This document shows positions 18,832 to 26,917 of a stretch of DNA of 64,000 nucleotides, one piece after another. A model generated the notes under the pieces. It did not search any database, had not been told where the DNA came from, and was given only the letters and a program-made list of their open reading frames with translations. Each line of letters opens with the position of its first letter. Position 1 is the first letter of the stretch. The stretch is from Alphaproteobacteria bacterium (GTDB taxonomy: Bacteria > Pseudomonadota > Alphaproteobacteria > Micavibrionales > Micavibrionaceae), in contig JANWLB010000013.1 in the NCBI GenBank assembly GCA_025451095.1, forward strand, positions 4,244 through 68,243, read 5' to 3'. The position numbers and the translations under genes are program-made.

Positions 18832-19859
18832 CCGCCGACGCCGTTGTAAAGAATGCTCTCCAGCGAGCCGCCCTGTTTGACGATGTCGTCGAGACGCTGA
18901 CGCCATTCCTTCTGCGCCCTGTTTGAGAAGGGCGACTGGCGAAGAACAACCAGCGCGGCCTGATTATGTCTGTGGTTGCCCGCCGCCATAAGGTCATAAA
19001 AAGCACGATTGTCGATGCCCGGTGCCTCCGGTTCATGGCTTTGCAATCCCAGACAAACGACTTTGGTGACATTTGCCCACTGGCATTCGGCATAGCAAAG
19101 AGGACCGATATCGCCGCCCGTCGTGTAAAGAACGGCGTCCAGATTCCACGGCTGCGTCACGCCTTCCCGCTTCTGCCTTGCGCAGGCCTGCCGGATCGCG
19201 CCGACCTCCGCCGTCGCCAGTATGTCGTCGTGACGGCAGTCCCGGCCTGTGGCCAGAACCTGCCCGCCGCGCGCAATCAGCGCCGCCGGAGCTTTTGCCG
19301 CACGGAAGAAGGAATCAACATCATCCGGCAGACCAGCAGATTTTTCCTCCACCACCTTTACCAAACGCTCCGGCGGCGCCCGTCTGAAATCCTGATGATA
19401 AATCTCATCGTTAAAAAGAGCCGTATTTTTCGTGTCCTCATAGGTCGCGCCGTAGGTGACGATAAACCGCCCGGATGGCAAAAGATTTTCGGACATCAGA
19501 ACGCGGGCAGCCACTTCGCTCTTGGCATGGCAGGCCGGGCAACTCTGGCCGCTGGATGCCAGGATGACAGCAATATCATTCCCGCGTTTCCTTGCCAGAT
19601 GATCCTTGAGCATACGCACATTCTCAGGCGACAGGAGCCGGTCTTCGGCGTGCGCGCTGGCCATGCCGGTTTCCAGCACGGCGTTGGCCGCCATCCCGCC
19701 GATCTGGATCAGTTCCCGTGCATCGAGGTCATAAACGTGCAGCGAAGCCGCAAATGGGCCGCCCCTCCCCGCTTTCACCGTACCGACGGCAAAGTCGTCG
19801 GCCTTTTCAAGGAGTCCTCCCAGCAAAGAGTCCGGCAATTGGTCCGCAATCATTGGCAT
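18828..19859 (-). CDS. tandem cytidine/guanine-deaminase-fold protein (active N-domain, degenerate C-domain)
   Basis: The N-domain has GGPFAASL, SAHAE and SCPACH (zinc-binding HxE...CxxC). The C-domain has TAE in place of HAE, and PLCYAEC. Confidence 0.7.
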   Translation of the reverse strand: MPMIADQLPDSLLGGLLEKADDFAVGTVKAGRGGPFAASLHVYDLDARELIQIGGMAANAVLETGMASAHAEDRLLSPENVRMLKDHLARKRGNDIAVILASSGQSCPACHAKSEVAARVLMSENLLPSGRFIVTYGATYEDTKNTALFNDEIYHQDFRRAPPERLVKVVEEKSAGLPDDVDSFFRAAKAPAALIARGGQVLATGRDCRHDDILATAEVGAIRQACARQKREGVTQPWNLDAVLYTTGGDIGPLCYAECQWANVTKVVCLGLQSHEPEAPGIDNRAFYDLMAAGNHRHNQAALVVLRQSPFSNRAQKEWRQRLDDIVKQGGSLESILYNGVGG

Positions 19860-19966
19860 GGTGATCAGCTTAGCGCAAAAAATTACGGAAAAACAACAAA
19901 AAGCATGCGCCGTGATCCCCTCGCGCCCACAGCGGTTTTGCGTTATCCTGCCGGGATCAAAAAAAG

Positions 19967-22150
19967 ATGCATTTAACCACTAAGGAGACCGCCTTGAGAT
20001 ATCCCGCGACAAGACTGCTGTCCACGCTTCTTCTTGGCACTGCGCTGCTTTCCTTTTGCACTGCAGCGCACGCGGCAGAAACCCTGCCCCTCAAACGTGT
20101 CGTCATTACCGCCAGCGGACTCGCTTTGTATGAGCATCAGGGCACGGTAGACGGCAACGAGAATATCGAGATTCCGGTCCAGCTCGACCGCGTTGATGAC
20201 ATGCTCAAAAGCCTTGTGGTGCTCGACGCCCGGGGACAACTCGGGGGCGTAAGCCTGCCCGGACGCGAACCCCTGTCACAGACTTTCCGCAACCTTCCTT
20301 TCAGCCAGTCCGATCTCGACTCGCTTATCCAGCTTCTCAACACGCTGCGCGGCGCCGATGTGCAGACAGACTCACTGCAGGGCCGACTGATGAATGTCAC
20401 AGACGAGACGGAACAAACCAAGGAAGGCGGCCTCATTATCCGCCACCGCGTCAGCATCCTGACGCCGGAGGGCATCAAGACAGCGGTGCTGGAAAATATT
20501 GGCCGCCTTCAGTTTTCCGACAAAGGCGTGCAGGACCAGCTTAACCGCGCGCTCGAAGCCCTTTTTACCAACCGCATCAAGGATCAGCGCACACTGACAA
20601 TCTCCTTGCGGGGTGAGGGCTCCCGCCCGGTTAGCCTGGCTTATATCCAGGACGCGCCGCTATGGAAGAGCAGCTATCGGCTCGTCCTGCCGCATGATGA
20701 CAAGGAAGGAAAAGCCGTCCTGCAGGGCTGGGCCGTTCTTGAAAATACAACCGGACAGGACTGGAAAAACGTCAGCGTCACGCTGATGTCGGGTTCGCCG
20801 GTCACCTACCAGCAGGCTCTCTATGAAAGCTATTACCTTTCCCGTCCTGAACTGCCCGTCAAGGTGATGGACCGCATCCTGCCCCGCATCGACAACGGCG
20901 CTCTGGCCCAGGCCGCGGACATGGAAGGAGATAAGGGTGCGCTGCGCCAGGAAAAAATGGGCATGATGGCTCCCATGAAGCAAAAATCGCTCTTAAAAGC
21001 CGAAGGCCGCGCTATGGGCGGGGAGCTCAACGAAGACAGACCGTCAGAGATGATGGCCATGGATGCCATGGAGGGGGCGCCCGGCATGTCCGGCACGCCT
21101 ATGCCGGCTATGTCAGCCCCCATGGCGCCGCCCGCGCCGATGGCTCTGGTCAGCACGGCGGCAGCGGATGAAACCGCCAGCCAGATGGTGTTCGCCTTCC
21201 CGCAGCCCGTCGATCTGCCCGCCGGAAATTCCCTCATGATCCCTTTCATCAGCCGCGAATTTTCCGCGCGCAAGGTCTGGGTCTATCAGCCGGAAACAAA
21301 TTCTGCACACCCGCTGTCAGCCGTGTCGTTTAAAAATGACGGAAGCAGCGGCCTGCCCCCCGGGATCCTGACCTTGTACGACCGCGCCGAGAGCGGCCTT
21401 CTGCACGTCGGTGATGCCGATATGCCGCTGGTGCCCAAGGGTGAGGACCGCTATATCAGCTTCGCCCTCGACACGAAGACGAAAATCGACCAGCAATCAG
21501 AAGACGACCGGCAGCTGGGCCTGATCACTGTCAGCAAAGGCCTGCTCCACCAGAAAGTCATATGGCGCAACACGACGTCATACACGGCCAAGGCGCCGGA
21601 AGACGAATCCCGCACCATCGTGATTGAGCAGCCACGCCGTGAAGGCTGGGAGATTATCAAGCCGGACAATGCAACGGAGGAGCCGGAAGTCACATCCACC
21701 CATTACCGCGTCAAGATGAACGTCGACGCCGGAAAAAGCGAAACCATGAAACTGACCCTGCAGCGGCAGGACACCGAAACCATCGCCCTGACACAGATCA
21801 GCGCTGGCGATCTTGAAGCCCGCATGGCTGCCGTCGGCAAAAACCTGCCTTCTGCCCTGCGCAGGGCGCTGGAACGGGTCAAGGAACTGCAGGCAAACGT
21901 CTATGCGCCGCAAGCCCAGCTCAACAGCATCGCGGCACAGCGCCAGAACCTGTATAACGATCAGCAAAGGCTGCGTGAAAACCTGAAAACCGTTTCAACG
22001 AACACGCCTCTGGGCAAGCGTTACCTGAAAAATCTTGAGGATCAGGAAAACCAGCTTGATCTGCTGGCCGGACGGGAGCAGGACCTGACAACACAAATTC
22101 AGAAAGCCCGTGCGGCTCTGAATGATTATGTGGCCGCTCTTGAACTGTAA
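19967..22150 (+). CDS. DUF4139-like (MuiA-type) large secreted protein with a Met-rich insert and C-terminal coiled coil
   Basis: Has a signal peptide (LLLGTALLSFCTAAHAAE). The overall pattern (VVITASGLALYEH..., WAVLENTTGQDW) matches my memory of DUF4139/DUF4140. The family call is unverified. Confidence 0.6.
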   Translation: MHLTTKETALRYPATRLLSTLLLGTALLSFCTAAHAAETLPLKRVVITASGLALYEHQGTVDGNENIEIPVQLDRVDDMLKSLVVLDARGQLGGVSLPGREPLSQTFRNLPFSQSDLDSLIQLLNTLRGADVQTDSLQGRLMNVTDETEQTKEGGLIIRHRVSILTPEGIKTAVLENIGRLQFSDKGVQDQLNRALEALFTNRIKDQRTLTISLRGEGSRPVSLAYIQDAPLWKSSYRLVLPHDDKEGKAVLQGWAVLENTTGQDWKNVSVTLMSGSPVTYQQALYESYYLSRPELPVKVMDRILPRIDNGALAQAADMEGDKGALRQEKMGMMAPMKQKSLLKAEGRAMGGELNEDRPSEMMAMDAMEGAPGMSGTPMPAMSAPMAPPAPMALVSTAAADETASQMVFAFPQPVDLPAGNSLMIPFISREFSARKVWVYQPETNSAHPLSAVSFKNDGSSGLPPGILTLYDRAESGLLHVGDADMPLVPKGEDRYISFALDTKTKIDQQSEDDRQLGLITVSKGLLHQKVIWRNTTSYTAKAPEDESRTIVIEQPRREGWEIIKPDNATEEPEVTSTHYRVKMNVDAGKSETMKLTLQRQDTETIALTQISAGDLEARMAAVGKNLPSALRRALERVKELQANVYAPQAQLNSIAAQRQNLYNDQQRLRENLKTVSTNTPLGKRYLKNLEDQENQLDLLAGREQDLTTQIQKARAALNDYVAALEL

Positions 22151-22223
22151 GCCCATTATTCTATTGCGGTATGGCGAAAAGCTCTTTATATATCCATAAT
22201 AACAAATGAGCCGGGGGATACAC

Positions 22224-23705
22224 ATGGATATAAAAAGTCTGGGATCTTATTATCAGGGGCAGCTGGCTAACATTCAGGAGCTGGTGCAGGAGAATACGCT
22301 CTGGAAAGCCGAAGCCGCCGACCTCCTGGCACGCGAAAGCCAGGGATTTCAAAATACCGACGATCTGCTTCAGGCCCTGCATGAAGCCCAGCGCCTGAAC
22401 AAGATTTATACCGCCGGCGTGGCACAGGATGCCGTCTTCAGGCAAAAGGTCCTCGGCCTGCCGATGTGGAAAGATTACGGTACACCCCCCGCCTCGACCG
22501 AGCTGCAGCACAGCCTCGCGCAAAAAATTTACAATGCCAACCCACGAAAAAACGACCAGGCCCTGATCAATATTGGTGACGGCGCGCGCGAGATCGGCGT
22601 CTGGCTGGCTGACAAGTGCGCTGCCGAACACATTCCCTTCGTTGTGCAGTTCGCTGATCCGGAGTTCCAGGCCCACCTTGTCAATCACACCGAGGATGCA
22701 GGCGTCCGGGCGCTGGCTGCCGATTTCCTGAAAATGACCGCGCCCCTGACAACGATCATGACGGCCCGGCCCGGCGTGCCCGACCGCGACCCTCCGGAAA
22801 CCGACAAAGCCAAGACCAAGATTTATGCGCAGGAAACACGCTCCTTCGGCGAGCGGATCAGCTCCGGCGACCTGTTCTATACGCTGACCATCATTCCCAC
22901 GCGCAAAGACGCCGAAATCGATGAAATCCCTTATGACGACTACACCAGGCTCTTCTTTGAAATGTGTGATCAGCCCTGGGACCGCATCGGCAAGGCACAG
23001 GAGGCGCTGATCAAGGAATTCAATGCCGCCTGCAAGGTACGCATCACCAACAATGACGGCACCGATGTATCAATGGAGCTTGTCGATCATGACGGCTCTC
23101 ATTTCACCTTCTGCAACAGCCTTATCGCCAAAAACGTACCGGGGTCGGAGATTTTCAGCGCGCCGCGCCGCGACAGCGTAGAAGGAACTGTTGTCGCCAA
23201 AGGCCGCTTCAGCGAACACGGTAAAGCCATTATTGAGAACCTGACCCTGGAATTCAGCAAAGGAAAACTCATCGGCTTCAGCGCCGAAAAAGGCGATAAA
23301 GAACTCAGAGAGATACTATCGGTCGATGAAGGCGCCCTGGGCGTCGGCGAACTGGGGATCGGCACCAACCCGCATCTGAAGCAGCATGTGTGCAACGGCC
23401 TGCTGGTGGAAAAAATCGGCGGCAGCTTCCATCTGGCGCTGGGACGGCCTTATTCCTACACCGAATATATGGGCACGCCCGTCAAGGTGGACAATGGCGG
23501 CGTCAGCGACCTTCACTGGGACATTACCACCATGCTGCAGGGCAAAGACGGCCGGATTTACCTGGATGGCCGCCTTATCATGGATCACGGCCTGTGGCTG
23601 GATCCGCAATACGATATCCTTAACCGTGGCTGGGAAGCCGTTCCTGAAAACGAGCGACCCGCTTACTGGAAGGATTACTACAAAGCACCAACGCCCCAGC
23701 CTTAA
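22224..23705 (+). CDS. M29-family aminopeptidase (AmpS/PepS-like)
   Basis: GELGIGTNP and GGSFHLALG are M29 hallmarks. The start was chosen at MDIKSLG because GGGGGA lies 5 nt upstream; the ORF track starts at 22206. Confidence 0.8.
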   Translation: MDIKSLGSYYQGQLANIQELVQENTLWKAEAADLLARESQGFQNTDDLLQALHEAQRLNKIYTAGVAQDAVFRQKVLGLPMWKDYGTPPASTELQHSLAQKIYNANPRKNDQALINIGDGAREIGVWLADKCAAEHIPFVVQFADPEFQAHLVNHTEDAGVRALAADFLKMTAPLTTIMTARPGVPDRDPPETDKAKTKIYAQETRSFGERISSGDLFYTLTIIPTRKDAEIDEIPYDDYTRLFFEMCDQPWDRIGKAQEALIKEFNAACKVRITNNDGTDVSMELVDHDGSHFTFCNSLIAKNVPGSEIFSAPRRDSVEGTVVAKGRFSEHGKAIIENLTLEFSKGKLIGFSAEKGDKELREILSVDEGALGVGELGIGTNPHLKQHVCNGLLVEKIGGSFHLALGRPYSYTEYMGTPVKVDNGGVSDLHWDITTMLQGKDGRIYLDGRLIMDHGLWLDPQYDILNRGWEAVPENERPAYWKDYYKAPTPQP

Positions 23706-23743
23706 CTTCTGGCCCTGGCCGGGATCAGGTCTTCTCTATTCTA

Positions 23744-24838
23744 TTAGCGGCCCATCTCATGGGGAAAACCGTTCTTGTCCAGCCGCCAGTCATAAAAGGC
23801 AAAGCCGTAAACGCCTTGCCGCTGCTGATAGCCGGGAACAAAATGCCACTGATTGTTGTGGCTGAAGCGCAGGATCTTCTGCATCATGGTCAGGTCCAGA
23901 CGCCATTCCCCCTTTTCACGAATTAAAAAATAGGGCGCGCATTCCCGCTCAAGAACATTGTAGCGAACAACCGCGTAAGCACCTTTGACGCGCGCAGGTT
24001 CCGCATGACATGCCCTGTAGGCCTTGACGACATTATCCATTTGCGCCGCCGTCACCACCCAGTTGCGCTGCATTTTTTTAGTTTCCTCGCTATAGATCGC
24101 CAGGTCAGGATTCCCGTTGCGATCATGCATGGCAACAAGATAGGCAGCCACCACCTGGTCGGGACTGAGGCCCTCCGCGCCGTGGCCGCCGGGGCGGATG
24201 TTAGGATCAGCCTGACGAAAACTATTATCCGCCCCGGCACCGATCTGCGCCGGGTTGGAAACGCCGGCGCCTGTTGAAAAACCCTCCATCGGCGGACTAA
24301 AGGGCTTTCCTATGCTCGCCTCTTTCATACGGGTGAACATCATTTCCGTCGTCGCTAATATGCCGTCGGCTACGCGCCCGACACGGAAAAAGGGGATCAT
24401 CTGCCGGTTCTGGATATAGGATACGAATGCGTCCGTGAAAATGCCTTCCAGTGCCGCTGAAACCTCAAGCCGGACCTCGTTTTTTGCCGGGTCTATCAAA
24501 AGAAGAAGCCCCCGGCCCTTGCGACTCAGTCCCCCTACTTTTCGCTTTGCGAACTCCTCACGGGCAGCCGATTCCAGACTCTGCGTCCTTGATTCCAGTG
24601 TCACCACGCGATAATCAACATCATAACTCCGCAGAAGCGCCTTATGATATTCCTCCGTCTTCTGCGCCTGCTCCGGCGTCATGATATGAGCCTCATCGGC
24701 AAAAGTCAGGCGCGAGAGAACCCGGCTTTCAGCATAGGAGGGCGCCTCGGTCGATACCGACCTCTGCAACAGGGCCGCCAGGATCGCAGCCATGGTCATC
24801 AGGAAAAGAACAAGCTTCCATGTTCTGAAAAAACGCAT
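23744..24838 (-). CDS. TPM-domain (TLP18.3/Psb32-like) membrane protein with an extra C-terminal domain
   Basis: N-terminal TM helix, then RGLLLLIDPAKNEVRLEV, which is typical of TPM domains. Located immediately downstream of LemA, the usual pairing. Confidence 0.65.
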   Translation of the reverse strand: MRFFRTWKLVLFLMTMAAILAALLQRSVSTEAPSYAESRVLSRLTFADEAHIMTPEQAQKTEEYHKALLRSYDVDYRVVTLESRTQSLESAAREEFAKRKVGGLSRKGRGLLLLIDPAKNEVRLEVSAALEGIFTDAFVSYIQNRQMIPFFRVGRVADGILATTEMMFTRMKEASIGKPFSPPMEGFSTGAGVSNPAQIGAGADNSFRQADPNIRPGGHGAEGLSPDQVVAAYLVAMHDRNGNPDLAIYSEETKKMQRNWVVTAAQMDNVVKAYRACHAEPARVKGAYAVVRYNVLERECAPYFLIREKGEWRLDLTMMQKILRFSHNNQWHFVPGYQQRQGVYGFAFYDWRLDKNGFPHEMGR

Positions 24839-24852
24839 ACCGGCCTCCCCGG

Positions 24853-25710
24853 TTAATTAAAACTAACCGAACCTGCCTTGTCAGCACCTTCGTCAGATTC
24901 AAAATAGGCTTTGCGCTGAAAATGCGCCATGCCGGCTATCAGCGCACCGGGCATCTTGCGGATGGCCGAATTATAATCGTTCACAGATTCGTTAAAAACA
25001 ATGCGCGCGACATTGATCCTGTTCTCCGTTCCCTCCAGTTGATCCTGCAGGGCGAGGAAATTGTCAGAGGAACGAAGCTGCGGATAGTTTTCAGCTACGG
25101 CCATCAGTCGGGACATGCTCTGCCCCAGTGCCTTTTGCGCCTGTGCCGCGGCTTTCAGGGCGTTCTCGTCACCGAGATCCTTCCCAACCGCCGCCGTTGC
25201 GGCAACGGCGTCCGCCCGCGCTTTTGTCACCGCCGTCATGACATCCGTTTCATGATCGGCGAAAGCTTTCACCGTCGCAATGAGGTTGGGGACAAGATCC
25301 GCGCGGCGCTGATAATTGCTCTCCACCTGCGCCCAGGACGACAGCACGGTTTCTTCTTTGGCCACCAGGCCGTTATAAAGCGTCATCACCAGAAAAATCA
25401 GGGGCGCAACAATTATAAAAATGCTTAGTCCCGTCATCATACTTTTATTCATGACTCCTACCTCTCCTGTGTTCATTATTTCATCGACATGCTGAACCGC
25501 AGCGGGCGCAGAACCGTGGCCCGCTGTGATCAGTAAAACCAGTATTAGCGCCGCTGCCAGCGCAATCATAATCTTTGCTGCCGGCAGGGGCCGGCGCGCT
25601 GAAACCGGAAGGGCGTTAATGCCTGCCACGCTCTCACTCATGGCCGCCGCCTGTGAGGACGTCAGCTTGCCCTGCGCCTGCAGGCGTCTTATGCGTTCCT
25701 CAAAGTTCAC
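24853..25710 (-). CDS. LemA-family protein with an N-terminal extension (extra helix plus extra TM)
   Basis: The LemA core contains WAQVESNYQRRADLVPNL, ENYPQLRSSDNF and FNESVNDYN. About 90 extra N-terminal residues include a second TM segment (IMIALAAALILVLLI). Confidence 0.85.
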   Translation of the reverse strand: MNFEERIRRLQAQGKLTSSQAAAMSESVAGINALPVSARRPLPAAKIMIALAAALILVLLITAGHGSAPAAVQHVDEIMNTGEVGVMNKSMMTGLSIFIIVAPLIFLVMTLYNGLVAKEETVLSSWAQVESNYQRRADLVPNLIATVKAFADHETDVMTAVTKARADAVAATAAVGKDLGDENALKAAAQAQKALGQSMSRLMAVAENYPQLRSSDNFLALQDQLEGTENRINVARIVFNESVNDYNSAIRKMPGALIAGMAHFQRKAYFESDEGADKAGSVSFN

Positions 25711-26059
25711 CGTTCAGCTCCTTTATCTGTCTCAACCCCTGCTCTGCCGTCATGGCACCCGTCTCGATGGCCTTCAGGATATCTTCCGCCCTGCCCTCGT
25801 CCGCCTTGCGTAACCCCTCCAGCGCGGCAATCAGGTCGTCCAGCCGCTTGCGCAGGGTCGGATAACTGATATTCATCTCCTGCGCCAGCCGCTTGAGGTT
25901 TCCACCTGACAGCACCAGGGCCTCGGCCATATTCTGGTGCTCGACAGGCAGACGCGCAAGACGGGGAAGCTCAAATACCCCTTCCAGTGCGACATGACAC
26001 CCTTCGCACTCCAACCGGGTCGTTTTCACATTAATGGCACAGACGGGACACCTGATCAT
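25700..26059 (-). CDS. DUF2089 protein (zinc ribbon plus HTH)
   Basis: CPVC...RLECEGC zinc ribbon followed by an HTH-like NISYPTLRKRLDDLI. Its 3' end overlaps the LemA start by 11 nt. Confidence 0.8.
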   Translation of the reverse strand: MIRCPVCAINVKTTRLECEGCHVALEGVFELPRLARLPVEHQNMAEALVLSGGNLKRLAQEMNISYPTLRKRLDDLIAALEGLRKADEGRAEDILKAIETGAMTAEQGLRQIKELNGEL

Positions 26060-26118
26060 ATTTCCAGCATATTACCATATTTAAAAAATGTCAACATAAA
26101 AATAGATTTTATCAATTT

Positions 26119-26130
26119 TTTACATGTAAA
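26119..26130. promoter_or_regulatory. perfect 12-bp palindrome TTTACATGTAAA in an A/T-rich divergent intergenic region (candidate operator)
   Basis: Read directly from the sequence. It is flanked by ATCAAT..TTTT direct repeats. It sits between the DUF2089 operon and the nitroreductase gene. Confidence 0.3.
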
Positions 26131-26209
26131 TAATCAATATTTTTAATATTTACGGGACAAAAAGCGCCTGATAACAAGGACGGAACCTCAAGATAAAGGA
26201 TATAACATC

Positions 26210-26917
26210 ATGACCACCGCAGCCCCCGCATCTGCCCCCGGCAATACCCCCCTGGCTACGCATCCCTCCGCGGATCTGGTCGATTATCTCCTGCGCCGCC
26301 GCAGCACGCCCATCAAATCCTTAAGCCTGCCCGGCCCCGGCCCTGCCGCCATTCAGACCCTGCTGCAGGCCGCCGCCCGGGTGCCCGACCACGGCCGCCT
26401 GTTTCCCTGGCATTTCATCGTCTTCGCGGGAGAGAGCCGGAAAAAAGTCGGCGCTCTGCTCAAAAAATCATGGCTGACCGAGGAGCCGGACGCCGCCCCC
26501 GCGAAGCTCGAACTGGAAGCCGAACGTTTTCTGCGCGCACCGCTCGTGATCGCTGTTATTTCCCGCTTCCGCGAAGGCAAACACCCGCTGTGGGAGCAGA
26601 TTTTATCTGCCGGGGCCGCCTGCCAGAATTTATGCATCGCCGCACATGCGCTTGGCTTCGGCACAAACTGGGTTACGGAATGGTATGCCTATAACAAAAC
26701 ATTCCGGGAAGGGATCGGTCTTGATGAGCGCGACCACGTCGCCGGGTTCATTTATATCGGCACACCTGCGGAAGCGCCCGCCGAACGCGACCGGCCTGAT
26801 CTGAGCGCCATCACCACGTACTGGGAGCCGGAATGTACGCTGAACAAGGGCGCCGCCTACGGCCAGCCGGGCATGGGCCTGCCGCGCACAGGTTTTAGCA
26901 TTGAGAAAAAAGACTAG
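26210..26917 (+). CDS. nitroreductase-family protein
   Basis: RRSTP..., VPDHGRL.PW.F and the size and pattern of the NADH-oxidase/flavin-reductase (nitroreductase) fold. Confidence 0.8.
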   Translation: MTTAAPASAPGNTPLATHPSADLVDYLLRRRSTPIKSLSLPGPGPAAIQTLLQAAARVPDHGRLFPWHFIVFAGESRKKVGALLKKSWLTEEPDAAPAKLELEAERFLRAPLVIAVISRFREGKHPLWEQILSAGAACQNLCIAAHALGFGTNWVTEWYAYNKTFREGIGLDERDHVAGFIYIGTPAEAPAERDRPDLSAITTYWEPECTLNKGAAYGQPGMGLPRTGFSIEKKD

